In this document: piece after piece, positions 22,201-35,617 of the stretch
How the letters are laid out: each line of letters starts with the position of its first letter
How positions within the stretch are numbered: position 1 is the stretch's first letter
Notes under the pieces: model-generated
The model's database searches: none
Told to the model about the DNA's origin: nothing
What the model saw: only the letters and a program-made list of their open reading frames with translations
Made by a program: the position numbers and the translations under genes
DNA from: Epithemia pelagica
Taxonomy: Eukaryota > Protista > Bacillariophyta
Direction of reading: 5' to 3'
Length of the DNA: 64,000 bases
Assembly: GCA_946965045.2 (NCBI GenBank)
Contig: OX337230.1
Location: 310,001-374,000 of the forward strand

Positions 22201-24482
22201 TGCTATTCCAAACCAGATTGGAATCTGGGTAGCCAGCATTCCGTGGCCACAAGCATATTGGGCCAAAGCAAAAATCATGCCGAACGGAACCAATAAATGG
22301 TTATTGTGTTTCCGAGCTCGTATCACGAATTGGAACAATGCATCGAGAGTGTATCGTTTCCGGAGGAAGCGTTTATGTTTCGATGGTGCGTCGTCTATCT
22401 TTTTCGTGTAGCCACTAATCCCCATGATAGCGTTGAATTGTTGAGGACATTGTTTTTCAAATTGTGTGGCCAATTCGCGTAGCTCGTACTCGGAAAGATA
22501 TTTGTCGAAAATATTGTTGAATCGGCCAAAACAGTCATCCAAACGTTCGTTCAACCTTTCATCTAGGACTCGGCAAAACTTAGCAGCAACTTCGGACTCA
22601 ATGATGGGGGGAACACCAACGGTTGAGAGGCGGCTTTGTTCCTTTCTGCTGAAAGCTTTTCTTCGTACTCGGATTTTGTTGTCACTGCGTCCTGTTGGCT
22701 TTGGCATTGTTCCCAGACACTCTTTAAGTCTGCCATCATAAAGCGATCCCCTGGACTTTCTTGTATAATACGATGGAATAATGTCAGGCGATCATCTCCC
22801 TTGGCTTTGAATTCTTTGAAGATAGTCAACCAACTCCGTTTGGGATGATAGTCAGCCTGAATGAAAACACCTTGTGGGTAGGTGTACAATTCAAACCAAG
22901 AGATCAGCTTCTGGATACAATCTTGCGGTGGAAAGGCTATATTGCAATTGATGGCGGAGAAAACAGGAAACCGGAGGTATATGCCATTGTGATTGAACTC
23001 GGACATGGCTTCCCGAACTTGGTCGTAGGTTTTCACGCCCTCCTCAGTAATTTTCTTCTTTGTTGCTTGATTGGTATGGACCCACCCAGTCAGTTGCTTA
23101 TATTGTCGTCCCTGCAAAGATACAGCTGGTAAGAATTCGGACTGGAACGTTTCCCGCCAAAGAGTCAGCAAGCGCTTTCCGTAACGTGGAGGAAGGACTT
23201 CTTCGTCAAAAAACAATACCACCGGTGTTTCCTCCTTGATAAACCAGATATCCTCGATTAGTAAAGTACGTAATGCAAAGGATGTTACGACATGAATTTG
23301 ATTGTTTTGTTGGTTTGCTGAGTTAGGCGAGGTGGTTTCATCTTCAATAGATTCGCCTCGCTTCCTTTTGTTGTTGGATTGTCGGTTGTAAGGTCGCTGT
23401 TTATTCTTACCGGTGGTGGACCGAGAAACACCCGCGGTGAAGTTCTTGGCTTTTCGCATCAGTTGCAAACAATGGTTTGAGACTAAGGACAGAGCTTGGG
23501 GTTTTTCAGCTGAAGGAGCAACAATAACCAAAGGTGGATGGAGCTTAGTCGATTGGCCGGGATTTAGGCAAGGGAGGGGTGGATGCCGACGTAGAGGAAC
23601 GAGATATGTCCCTTCCGAAATTGCTTTTACCTTCACTTTCAAATTTGGGTATTGGGCTTGGGCTTGTGTACCACGGGCACGTCCTTGCAGCAACGGTACT
23701 GACGGTCGGGCGGTGGACGTTGTGTTACTGTCGGCAGAAGGTTCGGAAGGAGGGGCAACAGCAGTAGCAACAGTGTACGCAGTTACAAGGTCATTGTTGG
23801 GGTCGTTCGTTGAGGTTGGATTGTTGTTATTGTTGTTTGTTGTCGTAGTAGGAACATTAATGTGTCGGTGGTTGTTGTTTGGATGTTCCTCCTCAACCAC
23901 TTGTGAGATATTCAGTGCTTTGGCGGGCGACGATTGAGTTCCAAACTCGACTTGTCCCAAAGAGTGACGACGGTGTAGAAGGTGGAAGGACAGGGAAGAT
24001 GCACCTCTGTTGCTTGTTGGTTGGGCGCTGGAACCAACAGTAGTGGTAGGCCCACCTGGAGTAGCTTGGGACGGCAGAGAATTGTAGGTGAATTGAAGTC
24101 GATGGGGCGCTGGTTGGGTGCGCTCTGACGGTATCGTTGATAAAGAACTTGCAGCGGCACTGTCAAGGAAGCCTGAGGGTTCCGACGCTTCTTCGTTTGG
24201 TTCGAGTTGACCTTGTGCTGTGGTATTCCTCGATAAAGGGGTTGCGTAGAAAGGAAGAGACGAGGTGGTGACTTGGACCGATGAAGGAAATGGAAACGGA
24301 TTGGATGGAGAAGGGGCCGGAGGATTCGGCTCTTGTGAAGATACGTTCCGAGTTTTGGCGATGCTGTTGTTTCTGCCTTCTTGCGTTGAAACTCGGGACG
24401 CTTCGGATGCTTCTTGCGCCGCGAAAGCCTCTCGGGCTTGCTTCTGAGAGAGACGGTGTTTTCGGTGGGAGGATGTTGACAT
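19280..24482 (-). pseudogene. DUF6589/Academ-type DDE transposase with two frameshifts
   Basis: Motifs LCVFDNLQ, FVVGDGLS, PITGDLHVRFH and LDQIMER. ORFs 22563-24482, 19411-22707 and 19280-19480 overlap; frameshifts at the G6 run 22606-22611 and near 19500. Confidence 0.65.
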
Positions 24483-25920
24483 TGAGAAGGTCGTTCACAG
24501 ACACCTTACCTCTACCACCGTGATGAATGTGTGGAGGTAATATGTGTGTTTTGGGATTTTGTATCAAGATCGAGAGCTCCAGGACGCGCCGTGGGGGTGA
24601 GTATACGAAAGCCCTTTTTAAGTGCGACTCAATACTCGCCCGGCGCTTGGGGGTAGGCTTTCAACATGTGGCAGTAGAACCCCATTGGGGGGCGGCTACT
24701 GATGACTGACCGCCATGCCAAACCATCGTGAATGGTTTGTAAAGATAGGACCATACGTTGCAGCTGTGGGCTGCAAGGAAGGGGTGGAGACAAGTCCAAC
24801 CCGTCATGTGTGGGGGTTGAAGGCATGTTCCTGCAACTGTGTTGCATGATGAATGATGAATGAGTGGTGCGTATCGACGCATGATGGAAAGCGTGAGCTA
24901 TCTGGGGTGTGTGGAGACCTGGGCCATGATGACTCGACCGGTGACACAACATTCAAATTCGGTGAGAATGCAAGTATATCAACAGAGGTCTCGCCAAAAA
25001 GCTATGCTCGGGCCAAGAAGGTAGCCCGATAGCAAGGGGATAGTAAATATACTCCTAGGAGTATCATTGAATGGACTTATGATGATCGATACGACGTGAA
25101 GCAATCAAGGAGAATCAAGAGTCACTTGTCGTCTCCATGATATATGGAACATCGTTCAAACTGAACCAGTGGCAAGAAAGGTGGTGTCTCATGTTCTAGA
25201 CTGGATCTAGCAGGGATCGACGGATTCTGTTCCGCCCAAAGCGAGTGCGAAATAATCTGCAGTCGCAACTACATCCGTTGAGCCCTCGGGAACACTTTCG
25301 CCTTCATGTCTCTACTAGGTTTACCTGCATTGGACGAGGCGGGGCCGAGTTCGGACAACCATTCCCATTGATGCAAGGGGGCAATGGCATTCACAGCCGT
25401 TGTCGTCGTCCCATATGTCATTTTCTACAAATAGAAAAAAAAACAGCAAATCAATCTACTTGGTATACAAGCCACTTTGTTCCTTGTCTTGTCTCCACAG
25501 TTTGATTGATTCCACTTCCATGCATCTACTCCTAGGATTAGGTGGAAGAGCGTTTGTGGAGAAAGAACGCGAGACTATGAAAGCGCTCTGCATTCGTAAG
25601 AGGTAGATGTCATAGACTATTCGACTGCCGATGGTGACGTCATTGATGAGGACAGTCTCATTCTCATTCTTCATTGCAGCTCTTAGATATCTCATCTCTT
25701 GACATTCGACGACGCGAAAGACAGCACTGTTATCTCCATTTTTTGACCAAGGATCAGCAAACAAAGTCCTTCCGAAGATATGACAAGACCAGCGCTGTTT
25801 CAATTAGGAGGGGCACGGAGGAAGCAGTCATCTTTGCAACAACAACATGCACCATCCAGTTTCGAGAGTGCCATACAACAACGACCATGGCGACAAGCCT
25901 ATCCATCATCGTTGCATCCA

Positions 25921-27782
25921 ATGCTTTGGTGGACAATCTTGGTTGTCTCCTGTGGGCCTTGTTTGGTGGCCCATTCGTTTCACTGGACTACAATTACTAC
26001 CCACAGTCGAACAACAGCCTTTGTGCCATTGCCAACACTGCCACAGAGAATAACTATCCCATCACCTCGAAATGCTTGGTTCCAGCCGACACGTCTTGCC
26101 ATGGCCGAATCATCATCCTCCGAATCGACTGCCACGGAGAGCTTGCAAACGGCTGTTTCGACCTTTGAGACAGCAAGTCAAGCGGTTGAATCTCTCATTG
26201 CCAAGACTTGCAAAGTTCGTCCGGCGGTGGTCACCGACTCGCATCGCGTTGGATTGGTGGCGACCCAAGGCCTTTCCAAGGGCGATATCGTCTTGGCCAT
26301 GCCGTATAGCAGTCCCGTGGTATGGACGGCCGAAACCGCCAAGGCCATGTGGGAGGGCGTCTTGCCGGACAAGTACAATGGATGGACAGGCGATGCCGGA
26401 CTCATGGCCCTCTTGTTGTTGAATGAATTGGCCCTCGCCTCCGACCCCAACGAAAGTGGAACCCAACCGGGTATTGCGATACCCAAAAACTCGAAAAAGC
26501 TCGAACCACGCACACAAGCCATTCAAGCCTTTTTGGAGGCGTGGTTGACCACCTTGCCCCATGTCGACGACATGACGTCCTTGCATCCTCTCTTTTGGCC
26601 CGAAGACGATCAAGAAATTTTACAATCGTCCAGTACCACCAAAATTTATCGTTTGTTGGATGATATTGAAGAAGATGCTACGTGGATGATGGATTATATT
26701 TGGAAAGACAAAAAGGATACCTTTCCGGAAACCGTCACCCTCCAAGGACGCGAGTATCCCTGTTTTTCCGTCAAGGGCTTTATCTGGGCCATGGCATTGG
26801 TCCAATCCCGATCCTTCTTTTTGGACGGAGCCTCACGGTTGATTCCCTTTTTGGATTTTGTCAATCATAGTGATGACGTCGAACAAGAAGTGCAGGGCGG
26901 TTATATGGGAACCTTTGGAACAGTTCAAGGTGCCCAGTTGGTGGCGGATCGATCCTACAAGGCAGGAGAACAAGTCTTTTGCTCCTATGGTCCCAAGTCA
27001 GCCATTGATTACCTTTTGGAACATGTACGTATGGGAACTGATCTTGCTAGCGTGTTTATTGAGATTGCACCAGGCAAAAGCGATGGAGTCCAGATGTTCC
27101 CTTATTTGTCTTGTCTTTTTTTGTGTTTTGATCGTAGGGCTTTGTTTCGGAGCAATGTTGGCGGACACAAACGTCTGAAATCACCTTGGAATTGGACAAG
27201 GACGATCGCTTTTACGATGACAAATTGGACATTTTGGAATTCGAAACCTACGACGCCGCACCCATGGACCCGGTTCAATCCTTTGATTTGGTGGCGGGCA
27301 ATGGTCGTGATGGTCAACCCGATCCGGCCCTGATTCAATTTGCCCGACTCTGCCAATTGGGCAGTACCGATGCATTTTTGTTGGAAAGTATCTTTCGAAA
27401 GGAAGTCTGGGATTTCATGTCCTTGCCCGTGAGTGAACCAAATGAATTGGATGTCGTCATTGTCTTGACCGAAACGTGTCAACGATCCTTGGACGAATTT
27501 CAGACCGGTGACGACTTGGCGACCAAGGAGACGGAGGACAATCCAAATGTGCAACTCTGCAATCAAATTCGAGCTTCGGAACGTGCGGCCTTGGAAAAGA
27601 CGGTGGCCTTTTTGCAACGAGAAAAGGAGGCCTTGGATTTGAAAGAGTACTATCAAGAACGACGATTGAAAGATTTGGGATTGGATTCCGAATGGTCCAT
27701 GGAAGACGACGGCTTTAGTGACAGCGGGGATTTGGCGTTTGGACAAACGCGAGCACCAGGAGGCGCCGATTACGATTGGTAG
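25921..27782 (+). CDS. Plastid-targeted SET-domain lysine methyltransferase (Rubisco LSMT-like); exons 25921-27024 and 27138-27782
   Basis: RVGLVATQ, LIPFLDFVNH, QVFCSYGPKS and LLEH|GF across a 113-nt intron. Signal peptide with AHS-F cleavage plus Ser/Thr-rich transit peptide. An upstream in-frame ATG exists at 25780. Confidence 0.85.
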
Positions 27783-28319
27783 GTAGTAGGCGCTGCGAAC
27801 TATGGAAATGGAATACGAATTACCTGTCAGATGCTATCGACAGTAAAAGCAACCATGTTTGATCCTATGATAGGCAAAATTCTACTTCATTTCCAGTCAT
27901 TTCTGCGTGCGCTTTGGAAGGTCCATGGTCAAGAGGGAAATTGGGCCACTCGCTATTCTATTCAACTAGCTATGGGTATCAGTTTATATAGACTCCAATG
28001 CGATCGCTTCATGAATTGCATGTTACATCTCCGGCCGAGAGGACCAGCGCCTACCGGTCTCCCCACACCTCAGAGTCCTCTGAAAAGCTACTTCGTGTCG
28101 ATGGACTTGAATACCATTATCTAGCTAGGTTCTTCTATTGGGCGGAGTACGAAGAATCAAGATAGTGGCTGCAACTTCGCGTTGCAGAAAACGGTGTCAA
28201 CGCATAATAAACGCATGCCTTGTCTCCAAGGTCAGCATCTCTCTTCTAAAAGTAGATGCTGGTCCTCTAAGTCCATCTAAATACATCAAACGAGACAGTT
28301 GACTTGATGGGCCCGGTAC

Positions 28320-28900
28320 ATGATGGCCGCATCTTTTTTTATTCCACCCAATTCGGGCTCAAAGTCAAACACCGATGCCATAACTCGTGTGATCCGGTCT
28401 TGCATCCAGAGACTGGCTCATGTCAAAGATATAATTGGCTTCTTCATTGAAATGGGGAGCAAAACTGGCAAATGTCATGGCAATGGATCGTGCATCGTCC
28501 CAAATCTCGTCCTAAAATGCCAATTGATCCTTGAGTAGCACGGTCTTGCCATTCAACTTGTCGTGGAGACACACCCGCGGGTGGAAATCATTGTTGAATC
28601 GTTTTCATCAACAACTTGGTACCCGTTGCCGGAACCATTCCGGATCAAATGTCACGGCCCAATCGAATAATCTCGTCCAAGGCAACGACAGTCATTCCAG
28701 TTTCAAATTGGCTGCAGTCGAGCAATCTCGAGGTTGTTCAGCTTTCTGGTGGTCATAGTTCGCCTTGTTTGAAACATTTGTAAAAGGCAATCATTCACGG
28801 TTTGTCGGTCCGTGTGTGCCGCGTGCCTTTCATCTGGTTGACAGCCGGAACTCTCGATCATGGTCTTCAAAATGTCGGAAGTTTCTCTCATGATTTGAAG
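28320..28900 (-). pseudogene. Possible decayed protein-coding relic, unidentified
   Basis: One minus frame reads protein-like (LPWTRLFDWAVTFDPEWF...DFHPRVCLHDKLNG...FAPHFNEEANYIFD) but contains several stops. Confidence 0.3.
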
Positions 28901-29332
28901 GCCTCCAATGCAAGACTAAGTTGCTTCTCTCTTCTTTATTTGTCTTGCTCAGCGATGTCAAGGTTGCAGTTCCAGAACTTGTGAGGAGGAACTGATGGAG
29001 GCTCGTCAGTCGCGTCGCAGATTCCGAATGCTTAAGTAATCTACTAGGAAGCCGGCAAGCTCCGATGTTGGTCTTGATCGTGATCTATTTGTAGCAAACA
29101 GCTCGTCGATTTCTTGAGGTAAAGCAAGGAAAATTTGGTAAGACTGCTAGTAGGCGCCTATGTAGTCTAGGAGTAGTTCTTTTCAAAAAGTAACAAGAGA
29201 TGAAAGTAAATGAAAATAGATTGCCATACTTACTTCACAATATCAGAGATGGAACAAATTGAGAGAGGAGGCACAAATAATACACATAAGTTCCATTAGT
29301 TCGACAAGCACAAGACAAAATCGCCAGCAAAC

Positions 29333-32300
29333 ATGACAGTTATCGTGGTGATTGGCAATTCAGGTTCTGGCAAGACAACCCTGTTGAATGACTTTATCAA
29401 CGGCACTCCAAATGCTCCTCGGAACAGAAGAGTCAAGCAGTTCATGGCAAGAATGAACATTCTGCATCCACATGTGTCTACCTTACTCAATTCCACATGT
29501 TACGACCCTACATTCCAGTCTCTTGTATTCCACAGTTTGATCCAACACGATTGCCCTATTGGGACTTGTATACCGAACGAGACCAACAAGAATCGATCGC
29601 CTTGGGAGGAACCATGGCTGGACAGTTCACGGCAGGGTTGTCTGGAGGACAGCGCAAAGTGTTTTTACTCGAGTTGCTTTGTCAACGTCTGGAACAGCAA
29701 AAACAGCAAGGGAAGCAAGAACACTTCTTGATTTTACTCGATGAGCCATTTGCAGGTGTCACGGATGACTTTGTACCGTATATAGTCCGGCGATTGCAGC
29801 AACTCCAGTCGACCAAGCAAAAACGACAAGCAATTACCTTGGTCATTGTCACCAATGATCATGTCTCGGCGGTAACCAGCCCAAAGGTTGCCGATCATGT
29901 CCTTCACGTGTCGTCGTTAGATCGCAGCATCGTTCAACTCACTTCAAACGTAAACCAAGACGATGACGACGCCAAGATCACCAGTTCGAGTCATCACAAT
30001 GAGAGCGACAACAAAGAAAACTCAATGGTTGATACCATTTCGGTCCCTCGAGATGATATACTATGGGCATTGTGCTCACCTATTCCAGCCTCCCTTGTTA
30101 TGGATAAACCAGCGAACGAGCTACGACAATCTGACGATGAATTTCAACAGGAAGGCTCGTCCTCGTCATCAACACCAAACGACGGTACCTCTCAAGCAAC
30201 TCCACTCAACAGTCCGAGCACGAGATTGAGCATTGCTGATCTTGCCTTTTTCTGGAAAGTGGAAATTGTAGCGAGTCGATTCTGGCTCTTGCTGCTCAGT
30301 AGCGTCGTTATTTGCTTTGGATTCTTTCTCCTTTGTTTGTGGGACTCGGATGACACCACTGCCGCGGCATTGGTTTTGATGGCATCGACATTGTTGTCCT
30401 TCTTTGCGATGAACCCCTTTGTTCTGCCCTTGGTAGACTGGCGGTATGCCGTACAACAAGAAGGACAAGCCTGGTTGTTTGGATCATCCAGTCGTCGCCG
30501 CGTTGGCGGAGGTGCACTGGCCCCCCATGTGGGACCCCAAGGTATTCTCAAATTCTCCTCCTTGCTCATCATTTTGATTGTACTTTCTGTGTTGCAATTT
30601 TTGGTGGTCAACGCCGTCACCGGGTCCTTCTCTTCGCCATCTTCGTTCTGGAAATTTGACATTTGGTTGGGCATGATAATGGACAGTATCGCTCACTGTG
30701 TTCCTGGTATGATCTTGGGTATTTTTTCCAACATGGATTTTACCATGGTCCAATTGGTGGGATCTGTGCCAGTCATGCTGACTATTTTCTTTAGTACGAC
30801 GTTTAGTCCCTGTTCAGGAGTCCAAGTTGTGAAGGAACTCCGCTATTTGACATCGCGATTTTATTTTTGGTGCTTTGTGCCAGGTGTCCAAGACTTGATG
30901 GAAGGGTGCCCCTCCACAAGGGGGCATACATAGTTTTACATGGTTGTCACAGCCCATTTGTCACTGTTGGTTTTGGCAGTTGCATTGATCGTGCCATGTC
31001 GTCGACCAAGCCGTTTGAAGAAGACACAGCCATCTCATTTGTCCGACACCCAGAAAAATGCTCCATTCACCGACCAAGAAAAAGGAGACTCCAGTCAGGA
31101 GGGTGTGATTCTTTGTTCAACTTCAAATCAGGGTACGGACAACTCTGCCTTTGAAAGTCTAGAACGAGGAGTCACCACATCCTTGTCGTTGACTGCTTTG
31201 CAACAGCGTCTTATGTGTGGGTACCGAAAGGCAATAGTCCCCTTCAAGGGCAAGAGCAGGTTAGAGGACTCCGCTCCTGAACAAGCCAATAGCAAAAATA
31301 TTCTCGATGCCACCCCATCAAACGACCTCGACACGGAAGGACATGATGATGAGTACAAAAAGGAAATCATGGTCCAAAATGCCATGAAGCCGACTTCTGT
31401 GAACATCAAGAACATCACTTCTTTTAGATCGGCATTGACCCTTATTGTTGGAAGTTCCGGGTCCGGAAAGACAACATTCGTCAATGATCTGATTTGATAC
31501 CATGGTGAACAACAGCTGAAACAGGGTTCGATCAACAGCAACCGTCCCTTTGCAAAGTGTGTCTATGTCCCACAATTCCATACTCTGCGACCTTACATTC
31601 CTGTTTCCAAAATTCCAAACTTTGACTGCACATGTCTGCCCTTTTGGTCTCTGTATGAAAATGAAAAACGAGATTCCACCATTTGTGTTGGGGGAACCAT
31701 GGCGGGTGAATTTACGGCTGGGTTGTCGGGTGGGCAACGCAAATTACTCTTGCTGGAATTGATTCGACAGCGTACACGTACTTTACAAAGGCACAACACC
31801 AAGTGGTACGATTCGTGGTTGATTGTCTTGGATGAACCGTTTGCTGGTGTGACGGATGACTTTGAGCCATATATTTTGCAAACTTTACAACAATTGCAAC
31901 AAAGAGAACAGTGTCACGTTGTTGTCGTCAGCAACGATCATATTCCTGCTTTGACCAGTATTGCCAACAGCGTGATTTCTGTTTCCGCCGTCGACCGCTC
32001 AACGGTCCGCGTCGATTCTCTTCCGAATGGGATTCCGCGAGACCAAGTCATTCATGCCATGGTATCATCAACTGATCAAACACTCAATGAAGTTTCTAAA
32101 CACCGTCAAACAAGAAGATCGTCTTTATTGATGGCGGTGCCCACAAATCAAGAGCTGCAATTCTTTTGGGAGGTGGAAATTCGTTCAAATAAATCCTTGG
32201 TTCAAATTGGCATATTTGGGATGGGAGTCTTGGTGCTATTCATCGTTACCTTTTGGGATTCCCAAAAGGATTTATCTGCCTTGGTCCTAATTGCCGCAGG

Positions 32301-33052
32301 ACTGCTCGGGTTCTACGTAATCAACCCATTCCTCTCGTCGCTGGTTGAATGGAGGAATGCCATTTCCCAGGAAGCGCAAGCCTTGATCCATTCATCGCTG
32401 GCAATGAACAAGGCACTCAAAGCAGCTCTCAGTTTTACTCTGGTTGCGCTTGTCTCGGTGATTCAGTTTATTCTCATCAACATTGTTGTCACAGATGACG
32501 ATACGAATGGAACGTTTTCTCAGCGACCCTTGGCCAGTTTTCAAATTTTCTATGGGAATATTGACCGATTTTGTCTTCATTACCAGTTTGCTGATTACGC
32601 TGTCGCTTTTCACCCGAATGGATTTTCAATTGGTGCAATTTCTGGCCGGGTGGCCCTTTTTGTATACCGTGGGCTTTAGTACCACCTTTAGTCCAGGCTC
32701 GGGCATTATTGGTGTGAAAGGACTGCGGTACCTGTTTCCACGCTTTTACTTGTGGTGTCTTCTTCCAGGTGTCCAAGTCCTGATGGAAGGATGTCCCGCA
32801 GTGGATGATGATCATCAAGGTATTGTATGGTATATGGTCTTGACTTCCATCGTCGCAGTGACAATTTTTTTGGTGGGACAAGTCGTGGCACTGGTGGTTC
32901 GAATGTGGAAGAGACAGCAACGTCAGCTGAAGGAACAGAAAGAAGAGACGGATTGTTCCATCAATGACATGGGTTTGGATCTTGAAGCTGTTTTGTATGG
33001 TCAGAGCAAATCCGACGACAAGCATGAATCCAATGGTGGTATCCAGATCTGA
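29333..33052 (+). pseudogene. Disabled full-size ABC transporter (NBD-TMD-NBD-TMD, ABCG-like order)
   Basis: Two Walker A motifs (GNSGSGKT, GSSGSGKT), two LSGGQ, two LDEPFAGVTDDF and two TM blocks. Lesions: frameshift ~29395, TAG 30931-30933, TGA 31495-31497, frameshift ~32535. Confidence 0.75.
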
Positions 33053-33854
33053 AACTGTATACAAGCGCCACACAAAGAGCGCTATCGTGCCTTTTGTTCT
33101 CTGAGTTTCTTTGGACGAACCTGGATGCCCAATCCAAATTTGGCCATGAGTGCTGTCAGGTGGACCGTGCGCCAGTTGTTTTGAAATTCTTAATAATCCG
33201 TATGTATATTCGTGAAAGAGTTTCCCTTCTTCTCTTGAGGCAGAGACCATTCAAAGTTTCATTCTTTGATTTCGTTGCTGGTGTGATTGTGGCCTCCATA
33301 CGACACGCTTTGTCAAGTCACATTAGGGACAGTGCACCATTCAGAATTCTCTCGAAACCTTCTCTATCATCTTGAAAGAGTCCTCCTTCTCGAGCTATAG
33401 GGACAGAGCACCACCATCCGATCGAAATGTTCTCCATTATTCCTGAAGGAGACATGGTGCTGTCAAAGTGGAACTGGTTATCAGCTGCGCCAAAACACCA
33501 TTAATGACATTCTGGACATGTGTACTGTCGAACTTTTCAGGAAAGAGAAAGCGCAGAGAGTTTTCCCCACTAACTCTCCAATGCCGTAGCACTGTTCATA
33601 CAACAGAACATTTATAATCATGAGAAGCAGATTAATAGCGGAGGAGAGACGACGAGAGGCAACCACAACAACAACAGGCTCGACAAAAATGAGTGGGTAC
33701 AAAAAATAGAGCGATCCAACATACATGGCAAAAAAATGAGGGTCTGGATTTCGTGGATTCGAACCGACTGTCTGTGGGATGTGATGCGACCAAAAAGAGG
33801 ATGCGCGCACAAAAAAGGTGCAAGGACAGACCGAGATACGAAATACGCGCTGTT

Positions 33855-33891
33855 GTTGGGCACTTTTTGGCCGGGCCAAAAAGTGCCCAAC
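33855..33891. repeat. Perfect 37-bp palindrome (18-bp arms, 1-nt centre)
   Basis: GTTGGGCACTTTTTGGCC-G-GGCCAAAAAGTGCCCAAC. Confidence 0.95.
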
Positions 33892-35617
33892 CTCGCGAGC
33901 TCGACTGCACCCACGGTACTCCCCAGCTCTCGACGTGGCCTGAAAGTTCATTTCGGAGGGATTTCTTTTCTCATTTGAGAGTCGCACACCAAGCCGAGCC
34001 TTTCGCAGGCTCAGACATGGATCAGCAGCAACTTGCTGCGCGGCCTGTGCCCAATGGGATTTCCACCCGACACAGTTTGTCATCACACGCTTCCACACGA
34101 GCCGACCCTTGCGGCTTGTGCAGCAGATTCCGGAGAGGAGGAGTAGCGAATGTATTCGCAGTGCGGCCCGCGGGCTCGCATCTTCATACATCAACAGCTC
34201 TTATATTACTTCTTTCAGAGGCTTCACGTGCTGAAAAATACCTTGGGTTTGGTCGTGTTGCACACATGCTTGACAAGCGTTTCTCCTCCAATATATAAAC
34301 CTTGGTACCAATCTTAACGAACCAACAAAACACAACCACAAGCCAAAAGGCATTAATCATCAATCACTATGTCGAACGTCGACAAAACAAACAAAAAACC
34401 GTTCTCGATCGTTCACTGCTCAAGTGTATACGAGGACTCTAGGATCGGGAATAGTTAACATGCTTGACCCCCAATCAACATTGGCAGCAGAACGTTCACC
34501 TACTTGTCCTCGATCCACAACATGCCATGCACCCTTCTGGGCATTCTGTCCGATGGATCATTTCCAAAGGACGAGCAGTGTCGTGACTTAAGCAATGTGA
34601 ATTGTTCTCAATATACTGCATAAGAATCACAGACTTTATGCTACATTGTATGCAAGGTCTCTCGTTTTCTCCCTACGACTGCCGTTAACACCAGGGATGC
34701 CCTAAACACAAGATTCTCATCCATAAGTCTGTCAAGAATATTGGGACCCTGACATGCTGCGAATGATGGATTATGGTATGAAGTATGGGAATAAAATGGA
34801 TAGCCTTGTACTTGTTGGTTGTTGGTGGTGGGGAGAAAAGAAAAAATGACGGTTCCAATGGGACTGGAACCTTTGTTTCGCCAGTTGTCCATCCAAAGCA
34901 ACCCCACGCGCTGCCACGAAAAAAATACCTCCAAAAACCAGGCGTTCAAGCGTGTTCCAAAAAGGACAGCCCCGGCGATACCGGTGAGCATTCGCAGGTA
35001 CAGAACTCCCATCCAGTTTCCGCGTCGGGCCCCGACCAAGACTCTTTCGAGCATCTAAGAGGTCAAGGAAGTCGGGCAATTAGTTCGAACAAACTTGCGT
35101 AGGTCGAACTATCGTAAGCACGCGTGAATGTGAAACACAATCTTACACACCATAGCGCTAGAAACTCTAACGCTAGCTTGACACATCTTTACGATGCAAG
35201 AATCCTTAAGATTCTTAGCATTCAGTGAAAGTTTCAAGCTGCAACCGATATTAGTCGGCTTTGCTAATCCAGTAGCTGCGCATGCAGGTAGCGGACTTCC
35301 CAAAGACCGGGACGGGCTTTGAGAGAGCGAACTCTGCTAAGAACAAAGCCCACCCAGAAGAGGACTTCATTGCTGTCCGCAGGGATTTCTCCCAATTCAG
35401 AAACAATGCCGACCTGGACCACTGGAGGTAGAACGCACCGAATGTTAGAGCCATCCATCTACTCAAGACATGAAAGAAAACAGTTCAAAACCTACTTTCA
35501 CTCCAAAACACAATGAGCTTGGATCCACATCGTCTTGAACCCCAGTAACAATCAATGACCTACCTATTTCATATCTGTCGATCTACATTCATGAGTGAAA
35601 AAGGCGTACTACGTATA

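Larger units (their letters stand above)
18289..24482. mobile_element. Decayed AcademH-like DNA transposon (DUF6589-type transposase plus RecQ-like helicase, convergent)
   Basis: Helicase C-terminal half on the plus strand and a large transposase-like gene on the minus strand, with stops about 30 bp apart. Termini not identified. Confidence 0.6.

Noticed and set aside
24483-25330. Right terminus/TIR of the Academ-like element
   Set aside because: Several CTA-ending candidates, but no partner end in the window to confirm a TIR or TSD.
33094-33375. Minus-strand WASRFVQRN resembling a pogo/CENP-B HTH remnant
   Set aside because: A single short motif among stops, with no DDE domain or TIRs.
34641-35466. 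Several short minus-strand ORFs as a gene
   Set aside because: No consistent frame, splice model or recognisable family.
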